This document shows, one piece after another, positions 18,640-29,660 of a stretch of 41,129 bases of DNA (position 1 is the stretch's first letter; each line of letters begins with the position of its first letter). The position numbers and the translations under genes are program-made. The notes under the pieces are model-generated. The model saw only the letters and a list, made by a program, of their open reading frames with translations, searched no databases and was not told the DNA's origin. Location of the stretch: the sequence record PP882707.1. One strand, written 5' to 3'. Source of the stretch: Escherichia phage vB_EcoS_P1338.

Positions 18640-19548
18640 TTAGAACTGACTGTACATCATCTTGCGCTCAACTTCCGCACGGAACTTACTGTCGTGGCGA
18701 TAGCGAGGGTCGGACATTGCAGCAATCATCTCAGCCTGTGACTCAAAGCCAGACTGTTTGGTGCGTACAGGTGCAGCAGGTACAGCACGTTTAGCAATGC
18801 TACGAGCAGCAGGTTTACCGAAAGTCTTCGCACGGCTTGCACCAGCGAGATTCACGATAGCCTTCACAGTGGAAAGGTCACGGTTCTCCAAGGCACTAAT
18901 CAGAGACTCAGCAGCATCCGGGTTGGACACTTCGAGGTGATTGTAGATTGCTTGGAACTGTGCTTCACCGCCAGCATACTCCATAACGGACTGAACATAC
19001 TGTTCTACCAGAGCTTCCTGACCACGGATGTAGGAGTCAACGAAGGACTTAGAGTAACCAGCTTTAGCCAGTTCTTCATAGGACTCTTCGGACAGACCAT
19101 CTTCGCCGTATTCTTGCTGGATTCGGACAATGGTTTCTTCTGACAGACCACGTTCGGCAGCCTGATTGACCATCTCTTCGAACCCTGCTTCGTGCTCTTC
19201 GAGTTGACTTGAGGCTTCGTTCAGTTCATCTGGAACGTCACCAACTGGTTCAAACTCTTCGGAGCCTTCTTCGTCACCTTCGGAGTAGTCAATGTCTTCT
19301 ACAGCCTCTTCCGGTTCACCATCAGTGGAGATACGAATCTCAGTGCGGTCTTCGTCCTCTTCACCAAACGGGTCATTACTACCATAAGGGTCGTCATTGT
19401 GTGCTAACTCAATGGAGTCATCGCCATCACGGGCAGCAACATCAAGTTCAAGCATTGCCTGTTCGTGGTCAGTCGGAGTAGACCCGCCAACAACCGCAGA
19501 GTTCACACCGAAAGATGCGTAAACGTCAGCATTAGATTCACCAGCCAT
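18640..19548 (-). CDS. gp9: capsid assembly (scaffolding) protein
   Basis: 302 aa, highly acidic; MAGESNADVYASFGVNSAV...SYIRGQEALVEQYV...KAMSDPRYR matches T7 gp9 by recollection. Confidence 0.95.
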   Translation of the reverse strand: MAGESNADVYASFGVNSAVVGGSTPTDHEQAMLELDVAARDGDDSIELAHNDDPYGSNDPFGEEDEDRTEIRISTDGEPEEAVEDIDYSEGDEEGSEEFEPVGDVPDELNEASSQLEEHEAGFEEMVNQAAERGLSEETIVRIQQEYGEDGLSEESYEELAKAGYSKSFVDSYIRGQEALVEQYVQSVMEYAGGEAQFQAIYNHLEVSNPDAAESLISALENRDLSTVKAIVNLAGASRAKTFGKPAARSIAKRAVPAAPVRTKQSGFESQAEMIAAMSDPRYRHDSKFRAEVERKMMYSQF

Positions 19549-19602
19549 ATTTGTATCTCCTTTGATAATGAAATTTAGAACTCAAAGGGAGGACGTATTG
19601 TC

Positions 19603-19625
19603 TCTCCCATTAGTGAGTCGTATTA
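19603..19625 (-). promoter_or_regulatory. T7-type promoter upstream of gene 9 (phi9)
   Basis: minus strand TAATACGACTCACTAATGGGAGA; its first three bases are the gene 8 stop codon. Confidence 0.85.
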
Positions 19626-21224
19626 AATCATGCCAGCCTGTTCAGCCGCAGCTTGCATGTTCTCAGGGCTTGCAGTAGCCAGAGCACCAGCACCAGCACC
19701 AGCAGACGCAGCAGCGTTCTCCATAGCAGTGCCTTGAGCGGCCTCAGCCATTTCCTGTTGTTTCTCTTCAGGTGTCTTAAGGATACCAGAAGTGTCGATG
19801 CCGATAGCGTTCGCAATGCGCAACTTAATGGTCGCAATGTTGATGTCCGGGTCATTCTGCATAGGAGCAAGAGCAGACCACGCAGCAATACAGCGTTCCA
19901 GCTTATCGAGGTCTTGACCACGACCCAATGCTTCCATCCCGGTACTGATAGTTGGCTCAACGGCCTCTTTCGGTAACTCAGGAATCTGATTGGTTGCTTG
20001 AAGTTGCTTCAGAAGGACACGAACCATAGGCAACTGAAGTTCCTGTGAGAGAATCGAATAGACACCGCCAAGGGTATCTTCCAGTTCCGATGCAACATAA
20101 CGAATCTCTTCGGCTGTCACACGCTCACCAGTACGCTGTACCGCAGAGTTCAACATAAAGGCATAGGAAAGTCGACCTTCAATCTGTTCACTCACAGCTT
20201 TCGCTACAGAGAAGTCAGCGGCCTTTTCCAACTGAAGGAACGAGATGTCTTCTGGACGACCAGACACAAAGTCACCTGTCTGTGCTTTCGTTAAGCGACG
20301 AACCTGTGTGATACCAGCCGGGTTAACCAAGCCGATAACTTTAGCACTAATCATTGACATCTTAACGATAGCTTCTTGGAGGTTCTCAAGGGACCGTAAG
20401 TCACCTAAGTATTCCTCACAGTAAGAACGACCATATGACTCTCCGTCAATACGCACCATGCGAACCGGGATATACGGACAAGCGTCCACCGGATAAGAAG
20501 CATCTGTGCCATCAACTTCAACGCCATCAATCTCTTCGTACTTGAGGTACTCACCAGATTCTTCGTCAAGATAAATGTGTGTGTACACATCAATCATTTC
20601 GTCGCCTTTATGTTCCTGACCTGAGTCCATAGAGTTTCTTACGTCTTCTGGAAGTGCTGCATAAGCAGTCTTATCCAAGGTCACAATCTGTAGTACCGTG
20701 CCGAATGCGTCTCGTTGGACAACATAAGAAGACAAGCGGTATAGCTTCATGGGATTGTAAGTGCCTTCAGGTTCAGGAATGTAGAGCAGAGCGTTACCTG
20801 CAACGACCAACTGCTTGAGGGTCTCAAAGAGTGTCACACGGTATGAGTTTGACTCGATGTAGTTCATCAAGATTCGCTCGACCATTGAGAGACCTTCTTC
20901 GACCTTTGCTAGTTCGGCTGGCTGTGCAACCAATTGTTTCGCTTCGAACTCAGAGATGGTTAGCTTCATCCACGTCTGCATAGGGAACAGAGCGAGCATG
21001 AGCTTAGAGGCCAAGTTGTTCAAGCCACGAGCACCAACTGCTTGCCACGGAGTGGTATAGTCAGTAGAGGCGTTGTCGGAGTCTTTAGGGAACAACGAAG
21101 GGATGGTGTACTTCGCACAGTTTTCCGCACGGGTCTCATAGGAGTTCCGGTCGTTCTTCAATGCGTCATACACCGCCTTGGCACCATTCTCCGCGAAGCC
21201 TTCACGTTTCTGTGAGCTTGCCAT
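19623..21224 (-). CDS. gp8: portal (head-to-tail connector) protein
   Basis: 533 aa; YTIPSLFPKDSDNASTDYTTPWQAVGARGLNNLASKLMLALFPMQTWM matches T7 gp8 by recollection. Confidence 0.97.
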   Translation of the reverse strand: MASSQKREGFAENGAKAVYDALKNDRNSYETRAENCAKYTIPSLFPKDSDNASTDYTTPWQAVGARGLNNLASKLMLALFPMQTWMKLTISEFEAKQLVAQPAELAKVEEGLSMVERILMNYIESNSYRVTLFETLKQLVVAGNALLYIPEPEGTYNPMKLYRLSSYVVQRDAFGTVLQIVTLDKTAYAALPEDVRNSMDSGQEHKGDEMIDVYTHIYLDEESGEYLKYEEIDGVEVDGTDASYPVDACPYIPVRMVRIDGESYGRSYCEEYLGDLRSLENLQEAIVKMSMISAKVIGLVNPAGITQVRRLTKAQTGDFVSGRPEDISFLQLEKAADFSVAKAVSEQIEGRLSYAFMLNSAVQRTGERVTAEEIRYVASELEDTLGGVYSILSQELQLPMVRVLLKQLQATNQIPELPKEAVEPTISTGMEALGRGQDLDKLERCIAAWSALAPMQNDPDINIATIKLRIANAIGIDTSGILKTPEEKQQEMAEAAQGTAMENAAASAGAGAGALATASPENMQAAAEQAGMI

Positions 21225-21237
21225 AGTGCCTCCTTAA

Positions 21238-21528
21238 TCAGATATTCAGACCACCGCCAGAACTGCGAGCGACACTCAGAGATTTCTTGCCACCAGCACG
21301 GGCTTTCTTCTTACCTGATTCAGTCTGTGCATCATCTTCGGTCTCTACGTCACCCTTTGTGGGTGCTTCGATAATCTGTGCCGGAGGTGGAGCGGCCTGT
21401 TCCATTACCTGAACACCAGACTTCTCGCCTTGACCAAGTACACCGCCTACAGCACCAACAGCGCCTTTGGCAACCTTCTCTACTGGCTTAGTGATTTTCT
21501 TAACGGCCTTTTTGATTTTCTTACCCAT
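21238..21528 (-). CDS. gp7.3: tail-associated host-range protein
   Basis: 96 aa; MGKKIKKAVKK...DAQTESGKKKARAGGKKSLSVARSSGGGLNI matches remembered T7 gp7.3. Confidence 0.85.
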   Translation of the reverse strand: MGKKIKKAVKKITKPVEKVAKGAVGAVGGVLGQGEKSGVQVMEQAAPPPAQIIEAPTKGDVETEDDAQTESGKKKARAGGKKSLSVARSSGGGLNI

Positions 21529-21530
21529 GA

Positions 21531-21917
21531 TTATACCCTCTTGAATACGTTTCGAATTGCCCCATCGTGTTCATGTGCACAACGGGAGACCCACTGGCAA
21601 CCTCTACGAGTCGCCTCAGCTAACACCCAGCGCCAGACCCAAGGTGCATACCCAGAGCGTGGCTTAAGGACTATATTGGTGATATCCAATATGTCACCCT
21701 TATGGTGTATGTCGTTGCTGATACAGAGTGCTACATAAGCCACAGGATAACCCTTGGCATTCTTAAAGTAGAACTCTTCGTACCCAGCGTCATCCATAAG
21801 TTCATCCACGTAGTCAGCATACTCGCTTAACGTAGTGAACCCTTCGGGCAACCCTAAGTGCGCCACAGTCCAGACAATAGCTGCCGCACGTTCTGTGCAC
21901 TTATGTACTGTAACCAT
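21531..21917 (-). CDS. hypothetical protein at the T7 gene 7 position
   Basis: 128 aa, ATG start, assigned by synteny only. Confidence 0.6.
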   Translation of the reverse strand: MVTVHKCTERAAAIVWTVAHLGLPEGFTTLSEYADYVDELMDDAGYEEFYFKNAKGYPVAYVALCISNDIHHKGDILDITNIVLKPRSGYAPWVWRWVLAEATRRGCQWVSRCAHEHDGAIRNVFKRV

Positions 21918-21935
21918 TTACCGAACTCCTCCTAA

Positions 21936-22214
21936 TTATCTCTTCTTAAAGACACTGGTACGAATACCAGACTTAGTTTTATTCTTGGCTGCATTATCAG
22001 CCTTCTTGGACTTCTCAACGGAGTCATCCAGTTTCACCTTCAGGGACTTCTTGCCACCAGTTGGCACCTCAGAAGAGGTTCCGGTGTCCTTATCGGTATC
22101 ATCATCTCCACCAAAGAGGATGCCTTTCGGTTCCTCAGTGAGTGGTGCAGGGTCTACCGCTCGGACTTTGTTAGTGTCCACTTTAGGTGTTTTAATCTTA
22201 GGCGACCAGCACAT
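21936..22214 (-). CDS. gp6.7: small virion protein
   Basis: 92 aa; MCWSPKIKTPKVDTN... resembles remembered T7 gp6.7 N-terminus; synteny. Confidence 0.8.
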   Translation of the reverse strand: MCWSPKIKTPKVDTNKVRAVDPAPLTEEPKGILFGGDDDTDKDTGTSSEVPTGGKKSLKVKLDDSVEKSKKADNAAKNKTKSGIRTSVFKKR

Positions 22215-22233
22215 CAGATTACCTCCTGTTAGA

Positions 22234-22479
22234 TTAGGATTCTGCCTGTTCCTTACGGATTGCCTCCATGTCGTCTAAGGTTTGAGACGCATAGTTTAGA
22301 CCCGCGAGGAACCCAGCTATGTAGCTTTCAGACCACCCAGCCTGTTTCAATCGGTTGATTAGACCAGACTGAATAGCATATCCAGCATTGTATTGAACCT
22401 GTAGGTACTCCATAGTTGCACGAGGCACATTAGGAATATCTTGTGGGTTCTCCATGTACTTCTTAATAGGGGTTAACAT
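22234..22479 (-). CDS. gp6.5: hypothetical protein at the T7 gene 6.5 position
   Basis: 81 aa; follows a T7-type promoter with a TAACTTTAAGGAGA leader; synteny. Confidence 0.75.
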   Translation of the reverse strand: MLTPIKKYMENPQDIPNVPRATMEYLQVQYNAGYAIQSGLINRLKQAGWSESYIAGFLAGLNYASQTLDDMEAIRKEQAES

Positions 22480-22533
22480 AGTTAATGTTCTCCTTAAAGT
22501 TAGAACTTAAAGTAGGTATCATATAGGCACCCC

Positions 22534-22556
22534 CCTCTCAATAGTGAGTCGTATTG
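22534..22556 (-). promoter_or_regulatory. T7-type promoter upstream of gene 6.5 (phi6.5)
   Basis: minus strand CAATACGACTCACTATTGAGAGG. Confidence 0.8.
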
Positions 22557-22584
22557 ATTTCACTGTCGAGAAGAATGCCTAGAG

Positions 22585-22671
22585 TTACACACTCTTAGCA
22601 ATAAGCGCAGCCCAAATCATAGAGAAGGCTACGGCTGTGAACATCACGAGCGCAACTGTTCCGGCGACCAT
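22585..22671 (-). CDS. small hydrophobic peptide overlapping the 3' end of gene 6 (gene 6.3 position)
   Basis: 28-codon ORF MVAGTVALVMFTAVAFSMIWAALIAKSV found by hand; overlaps the gene 6 end as T7 gene 6.3 does; AAGGA about 10 nt upstream. Confidence 0.4.
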   Translation of the reverse strand: MVAGTVALVMFTAVAFSMIWAALIAKSV

Positions 22672-23558
22672 AGGTAAATTTCCTTGTCGATAAAGTTGTA
22701 CTCTTCGAAACGAAGGATGCGAGCCATCTGGCCTTGCTTAATGATTTCCTCTTCGGTCATCCCAGCTTTGGCACCAAGGGTCACAATCGCTTCCCACAAG
22801 GTTCGGTCTCCCATGTCAACCTTCTTCCATTCGAGGACTGTCTGACCCTTACGGGCACCAGACTTAAAGGTTTTCTCAACCTGTTCAAAGGCATACGGAT
22901 TCTCCAGCCACTCAGCGGTGGTCTCGCCCCAGCCCGGAATGCCACCGTAGCCATCCGTCAAGTCACCTTTAATGGTCTGATAGATGTGCCAGTAGTCGGC
23001 AGTCGTCTGGTCTTGAGTCAAGATGTTACCAGTAGTGCACCACAAGAAGTCACAATCAGGGATAGTCTTAAAGTCCTTATCACAGGAGACCAGCACAGCC
23101 TTATTGAAACCAAAATGTTTAGCACCAGACCCAATGATTCCCATTACGTCATCACCCTCTAAGCGAGGCTCAAGGATAGACGTCCAGTCCTCACAGGCTT
23201 GAACACGCTCGATGAACGCACGGTAGCCTACAGGCTTACGGGATGCCTTACGGTTCTCCTTGTAGGTAGGGTCCACCAGTTCCTTACGCCAGTTCACAGA
23301 GTCAGTGAAGGCCAATACGATAGGCGCATCACGCCAAGCCTTCTTGCGACCGGCATAGGACTTGATGGAGTCTACCAGAATGTTCCACGCTTTCCCGTGG
23401 TCACACTCTAAGGTCCACACATCGTCACCCCAATCGGTCTCGACTTCACTTGCTGCCATCGCTTGGAATACCAGCCAGTCCCCATCCATTACGAGAACAC
23501 CCTTATCGGATTTACCTTGGCGAATCTCATAGAACTCATTCAGAGTTAAAGCGCTCAT
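22644..23558 (-). CDS. gp6: 5'-3' exonuclease
   Basis: 304 aa (T7 gp6 about 300); position between the gene 5 cluster and the virion genes; ATG start. Confidence 0.95.
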   Translation of the reverse strand: MSALTLNEFYEIRQGKSDKGVLVMDGDWLVFQAMAASEVETDWGDDVWTLECDHGKAWNILVDSIKSYAGRKKAWRDAPIVLAFTDSVNWRKELVDPTYKENRKASRKPVGYRAFIERVQACEDWTSILEPRLEGDDVMGIIGSGAKHFGFNKAVLVSCDKDFKTIPDCDFLWCTTGNILTQDQTTADYWHIYQTIKGDLTDGYGGIPGWGETTAEWLENPYAFEQVEKTFKSGARKGQTVLEWKKVDMGDRTLWEAIVTLGAKAGMTEEEIIKQGQMARILRFEEYNFIDKEIYLWSPEQLRS

Positions 23559-23734
23559 AGATCATCCTCCCCGTAGACCATTTCGATAGCATCTGAATAG
23601 CCATCCCAATTGTCCACACCACAGGCTCTCAAAGCGTTCAGGAACTCTTGGTCTTTCTCAAGGGACTGGATGTACGCTTGCATGTCATTCCACGCTTCAC
23701 GAGTCACCTGTACGTTGTCAGTATGCAAACTCAT
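23555..23734 (-). CDS. gp5.9: RecBCD inhibitor-like small acidic protein
   Basis: internal ATG of track ORF 23555..23788 overlapping the gene 5.7 stop (ATGA); VTREAWNDMQAYIQSLEKDQEF resembles remembered T7 gp5.9. Confidence 0.7.
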   Translation of the reverse strand: MSLHTDNVQVTREAWNDMQAYIQSLEKDQEFLNALRACGVDNWDGYSDAIEMVYGEDDL

Positions 23735-23940
23735 ACACAACCTCCCATCTTCTTCAGGAACCGGACACCAGCGCCTGTTACTTCCCAAGCGCCAGCATTA
23801 CGCCCATCGACTGATAGGCAAGAGATATGACCACGACTCGCAGCCTCAGCCACCAGTGACGCATTGTTGCGCACATAGTTCGACTGAAAGGTCTTAGGGC
23901 AGCTTTTAATAGCCGCCAGTACACGTAGATAATCACCCAT
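23731..23940 (-). CDS. gp5.7: small protein at the T7 gene 5.7 position
   Basis: 69 aa, same length as T7 gp5.7; synteny and overlap architecture. Confidence 0.75.
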   Translation of the reverse strand: MGDYLRVLAAIKSCPKTFQSNYVRNNASLVAEAASRGHISCLSVDGRNAGAWEVTGAGVRFLKKMGGCV

Positions 23941-24233
23941 TACTTCACCTCACGAATAGTTGCAGGTGCAAACTTAATGCCCTCTCCGTGGTGCTCAATG
24001 CCCATCTCACGGATTTCATTACGAATGCCCTGCTTAACAGCAAAGGCAACAACACCATCGGCACCATGAGTAAGAGCCTGTACGAGTAACTCTTTGTCCT
24101 GTGCACTTACGGACTCACCATCACGAACGCTGCGGGCCAAATCCAAGATGCGTTCCTTAATCATATCTTCAGTCTCAGAGTCAACCTTTACGGTCATTTC
24201 GAATGATACTTTAAAACGTTTAGTAATAGCCAT
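23940..24233 (-). CDS. gp5.5: small protein at the T7 gene 5.5 position (H-NS binding in T7)
   Basis: 97 aa; KRFKVSFEMTVK...PATIREV resembles remembered T7 gp5.5. Confidence 0.8.
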   Translation of the reverse strand: MAITKRFKVSFEMTVKVDSETEDMIKERILDLARSVRDGESVSAQDKELLVQALTHGADGVVAFAVKQGIRNEIREMGIEHHGEGIKFAPATIREVK

Positions 24234-24555
24234 GATATTTCTCCTTTGCTTCTAAGGTGATGACCTTCCGTTCTCGGTTAGTCTTGATTATATGTTCCCT
24301 CTTAGGGATACATTGTAGGTGCTCTATGTTACAGCACCCGCGATTCAGGCATAGATGGTCTATCTCATACCCTTCTGGTATCTTTCCGTGCCTTAACTCC
24401 CACACGAATCTGTGAAACATAAAGGCAAACTTAGTACCCTTTCGGGAAGACCCTATGCTATACCGGAAGTATCCATCTTGGTTCCGCTTATGGGAGACGC
24501 AGACAATACATCCAGTCGGCATAGTGTGAAACCTGAGCGTGGCAACGCCTCCCAT
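24220..24555 (-). CDS. gp5.3: HNH endonuclease at the T7 gene 5.3 position
   Basis: track ORF 24220..24585 trimmed to the ATG preceded by AAGGAGG; motifs CIVCVSH...GYFRY...EIDHLCLNRGCCNIEHL. Confidence 0.85.
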   Translation of the reverse strand: MGGVATLRFHTMPTGCIVCVSHKRNQDGYFRYSIGSSRKGTKFAFMFHRFVWELRHGKIPEGYEIDHLCLNRGCCNIEHLQCIPKREHIIKTNRERKVITLEAKEKYHGYY

Positions 24556-24566
24556 AGTATACCTCC

Positions 24567-26681
24567 TTAGTGACATACCGCCCAATTCGGACCCATCTTT
24601 CCTTCAGTATCTAACTGACACCGGAAGTTAAAGTGGTCGCCTACCCAACGCATAGCCTGTTGAGATACTTCGATTACAACTTTGGCAATCTCTTCTGTAC
24701 GGCAAGCAAGCTGTTGCTCATCATGAATCCATCCCATAAGGCAGAAGTCACCATCCCATCCGTGTTTGTAGCCCATCTCAAGGAGCATCTCTTCTGTCTC
24801 AACAATCCACAGTTTACAAATCAGAGCACCAGCAGACTGCAACAAGGTGTTCAACGCAGCGTGAGGACTACGGACGTGTACTTTACGACCATCCAAGCCA
24901 CGAACCCAACGGCGCTTCCAAGTTACTTTCTGTTCGCCACCAACCCACTTGGAGTCCTTGACGAGTGTCCCTGTGATTGCTTCACGTAACGCAGCGATAG
25001 CCGGAGTTTGCTCAAGGAAGTTCTTGATGAGTCGCTTACCATCTTCGGCAGTGCCACCAACAATCTGTCCAATCTTCGCAGCACCAGCACCATAGAGGAA
25101 CCCATAGATAAACGTCTTAGCATTATCACGAGTAGGCAGACCAGCAGCCAATTGGTTCTTCGTATGGATGTCACCAGTGAGGATAGTCTCAACGTACTCA
25201 CCCTCATCATAACGATACATGAAGTGGCCCAAGCAACGTAGCTCAAGGCCGGACGCATCCACACCAACTTGAATCCAAGGGTCTGGCTTACCGTCTTTCA
25301 TGTTGTGCTCGGCACCGAAAGCAGCACGGCAAGGTTCACCATAAGCAGCACGGATTGAAGGCACCTGTGCCACGTTAGGGAAACTATGGGTTGCACGACC
25401 AGTTACCGCACCGTTCGGGTTAACGCTTCCGTGAATACGACCATCGTCTCCAATCATTCGGAGCCATCCGTTATCACCTTCAGCAACCTGACCAATACGC
25501 TTCTGAATCATAAGGTATTCTTTAATTAACTCAATGCAACGTTGTGCATCAGGGTCGTCTACCTTAACGTGCTCTAAGACCTCATCGTCTACCTTTGGTG
25601 CACCACTAGGAGTGAACTCAACGGGAACCCAGCCAGCCTTGGTGAGAACACGAGTGATGTGGTCTCGGCTCGCAGGGTTAAACACAACGTGCTCAACCGG
25701 AGTATACGGAGCACCCTCAACGTAATCGCGGGTATCCAACTCACACGGTTCTAAGCCTTCACGTTGCTTCTTGTTCTTAGGCTTCTTAAAGATGCCACCC
25801 TGTTTCGGATACTTCACACGAGGATACTTGGTGAGCGGCTTTCCGGTACGAGGATGCCTGAATGCTTCAGTACCGCCCTTAGCGGAGTACCATGAGCCAA
25901 ACGTATTGGTTAACTCTACGAGTAGCTCACCACGTCTGCCAGCGAGTTCTGCGTAGAGATTCTCCAAGGACTTGATGTCAATAGGAAAACCGTTACGTTC
26001 CATCTTAGCTAACAACCATGCAGCATCATGTTCCAGTTTGACAGCCTCAAGGCTACCATTCCAGAAACGGTCTGCTTCTGTGCTTCCAGCGGGTGTCTCG
26101 TTAGGGAAATAGAAAGTGTTACTACACAGTTTCTCAAAGAGTGCCTTGGTGACTACAACGTCTTGAACGTTATATTCCATCATGTCTTCGTTGAAGAACA
26201 GCCACTCCATCCCGTCTTCGTATTCATCACCAGACTCTTCCAGTGACTTCTTAAAGTCGTCCTTGTACTCACCCTTCATTTCACCCAAGCGGTAGCCCCA
26301 TGCTTCCAGAGCGTGAGACCCAAAGCGTTGACCTGGTAGCTTGCCAGCACGAAGCAGACCAGCATCGGTGTCTTTGATGTTAGAGTAAATCAGTCGGGAC
26401 ATCACTAAGGTGTCCAAGACGTTCTCTTTCGGGAACTTAACGTCACGATTAAGAATCAGCTTTGCCAGCTTCTCGATAACCGGAACGTCATACTTGTGCC
26501 CGTTGTGAAACACAATGAGACCACCGCGAGCAACCTCAGCTTCGAGTGCATCAATGTATGCCCCAAAGTCATCAGGTCGATAACGGATGTACTGGTCAGT
26601 TGTGTAGTCGTAAGTCACCGCACAGTGAAATTGACTAACGTTGTGCAGCAACCCGTTTGTTTCGATGTCGGATAGTAACAT
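24567..26681 (-). CDS. gp5: DNA polymerase (family A) with 3'-5' exonuclease domain
   Basis: 704 aa, same length as T7 gp5; conserved blocks recognisable along the whole protein. Confidence 0.98.
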   Translation of the reverse strand: MLLSDIETNGLLHNVSQFHCAVTYDYTTDQYIRYRPDDFGAYIDALEAEVARGGLIVFHNGHKYDVPVIEKLAKLILNRDVKFPKENVLDTLVMSRLIYSNIKDTDAGLLRAGKLPGQRFGSHALEAWGYRLGEMKGEYKDDFKKSLEESGDEYEDGMEWLFFNEDMMEYNVQDVVVTKALFEKLCSNTFYFPNETPAGSTEADRFWNGSLEAVKLEHDAAWLLAKMERNGFPIDIKSLENLYAELAGRRGELLVELTNTFGSWYSAKGGTEAFRHPRTGKPLTKYPRVKYPKQGGIFKKPKNKKQREGLEPCELDTRDYVEGAPYTPVEHVVFNPASRDHITRVLTKAGWVPVEFTPSGAPKVDDEVLEHVKVDDPDAQRCIELIKEYLMIQKRIGQVAEGDNGWLRMIGDDGRIHGSVNPNGAVTGRATHSFPNVAQVPSIRAAYGEPCRAAFGAEHNMKDGKPDPWIQVGVDASGLELRCLGHFMYRYDEGEYVETILTGDIHTKNQLAAGLPTRDNAKTFIYGFLYGAGAAKIGQIVGGTAEDGKRLIKNFLEQTPAIAALREAITGTLVKDSKWVGGEQKVTWKRRWVRGLDGRKVHVRSPHAALNTLLQSAGALICKLWIVETEEMLLEMGYKHGWDGDFCLMGWIHDEQQLACRTEEIAKVVIEVSQQAMRWVGDHFNFRCQLDTEGKMGPNWAVCH

Positions 26682-26693
26682 TGTGTTTACTCC

Positions 26694-27110
26694 TTAAAAT
26701 GTAGATTTATGGTAGCCCATGAAGTTCTTCGGGTCAATCACACGCAGGTTCTTGTGGTTCATCTTGTGGTACTGAATACCAGCGACTGTACCCATTGCGT
26801 CAATACGTGTCACACGGGAACACCAAATGTCAGTCCCTTCGACCTTACGGACATACCAAATATCTGCGTTGCTGGTTGAGGTGCAGAAGTCCCCAGCCTT
26901 GATGTGGGTCATCTTGTCTGCATCGAAAGTCTGCATACCAACACTACCGCTAGTGGCTTTAGGTTTCACCCATTGACCACGGGAGCGAGTCCACCCTAAG
27001 TTCTTCAGGATGTGTACCGCCGAGTCACGAGCACATTCATACTCTTTAACGTCTGCCAGTTCAGCTTCCAGTTTAGAGATTTCAGCTTCGATTACATTAC
27101 GATTACGCAT
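26694..27110 (-). CDS. gp4.7: hypothetical protein at the T7 gene 4.7 position
   Basis: 138 aa (T7 gp4.7 135), synteny. Confidence 0.7.
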   Translation of the reverse strand: MRNRNVIEAEISKLEAELADVKEYECARDSAVHILKNLGWTRSRGQWVKPKATSGSVGMQTFDADKMTHIKAGDFCTSTSNADIWYVRKVEGTDIWCSRVTRIDAMGTVAGIQYHKMNHKNLRVIDPKNFMGYHKSTF

Positions 27111-27150
27111 AGTGTTGTTCTCCCATTAGTTAGTTGAATAGATTTCATAC

Positions 27151-27200
27151 AAAAGTTAATCACGAAGGCCACCATTAAGATGACCTTTAGTTTAACTCTT
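27151..27200 (-). promoter_or_regulatory. conserved 50-nt hairpin element before gene 4.7, candidate RNase III site (R4.7-like); copy 1 of a 50-bp direct repeat
   Basis: aaaagttaatcacgaaggccaccattaagatgacctttagtttaactctt; imperfect long stem with internal loop; second copy at 34101..34150 differs at 1 nt. Confidence 0.55.
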
Positions 27201-27501
27201 ACTCTTCACATTTGTCAGCGAGCATGTTGCTCTCAGACTCCACAGCATTAGCCAGCAGAACCTGACGCACATTGTCTTCACCTACAGCAACGGAAGCAGC
27301 TACAGCAACGGAAGCCAGAAGACGACCTGCCTGTGCATCATCAAGAGTCACACGCTGTGTATGCGCCTTGGTGGACTTAGAGTCCTTCCAACGGTAGACC
27401 AGAGTGACCTTGCCATTGCGGACGTTGATGTGCACTCGACGAGCATACTGGTCAATGGTGTCGGACAGACGGATAGTGTTGCCGGGAAATTTAATAGCCA
27501 T
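27199..27501 (-). CDS. gp4.5: small protein at the T7 gene 4.5 position
   Basis: 100 aa, synteny. Confidence 0.7.
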   Translation of the reverse strand: MAIKFPGNTIRLSDTIDQYARRVHINVRNGKVTLVYRWKDSKSTKAHTQRVTLDDAQAGRLLASVAVAASVAVGEDNVRQVLLANAVESESNMLADKCEE

Positions 27502-27514
27502 GATGTGTCACTCC

Positions 27515-27727
27515 TTACAGAAAGAATTTGTTGAGGTCGGTTGCTTTAGCTGCAATCTTAGCAGCAGACGTTACGCCAGCACTTGCATCTTCAGACAGCA
27601 GACGGGCCTGTTTAGCCAAGCGTTGAGCCTGTTCAGCGTCCTTACGTGCCTTGTCGTTCAGACGTTTAGCTTCACGGAAGTACATTTTAACTACCAGCTT
27701 ACCAAGTGTATTGATGAATTTAAACAT
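27515..27727 (-). CDS. gp4.3: small protein at the T7 gene 4.3 position
   Basis: 70 aa, same length as T7 gp4.3; synteny. Confidence 0.75.
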   Translation of the reverse strand: MFKFINTLGKLVVKMYFREAKRLNDKARKDAEQAQRLAKQARLLSEDASAGVTSAAKIAAKATDLNKFFL

Positions 27728-27769
27728 TGTGATTCTCCTTAAGCGGATTGATAAGTGGGAACAGAGTGT

Positions 27770-27792
27770 CTGTCCCTTAGTGAGTTATATTG
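27770..27792 (-). promoter_or_regulatory. T7-type class II promoter variant upstream of gene 4.3
   Basis: minus strand CAATATAACTCACTAAGGGACAG; exact +1 assignment uncertain. Confidence 0.65.
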
Positions 27793-27800
27793 ATTTACTA

Positions 27801-29610
<1,810 letters not shown>

Positions 29611-29660
29611 AGTGATTACTCCTTATACAATTTTAGCGAACAAAGGGAGAAACCTTTCGG

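Noticed and set aside
27121-27140. Possible T7-type promoter directly upstream of gene 4.7 (minus strand ...CAACTAACTAATGGGAGAAC)
   Set aside because: Only the start region (CTAATGGGAGA) resembles the phage promoters; the upstream recognition half is not conserved, so I did not call it.
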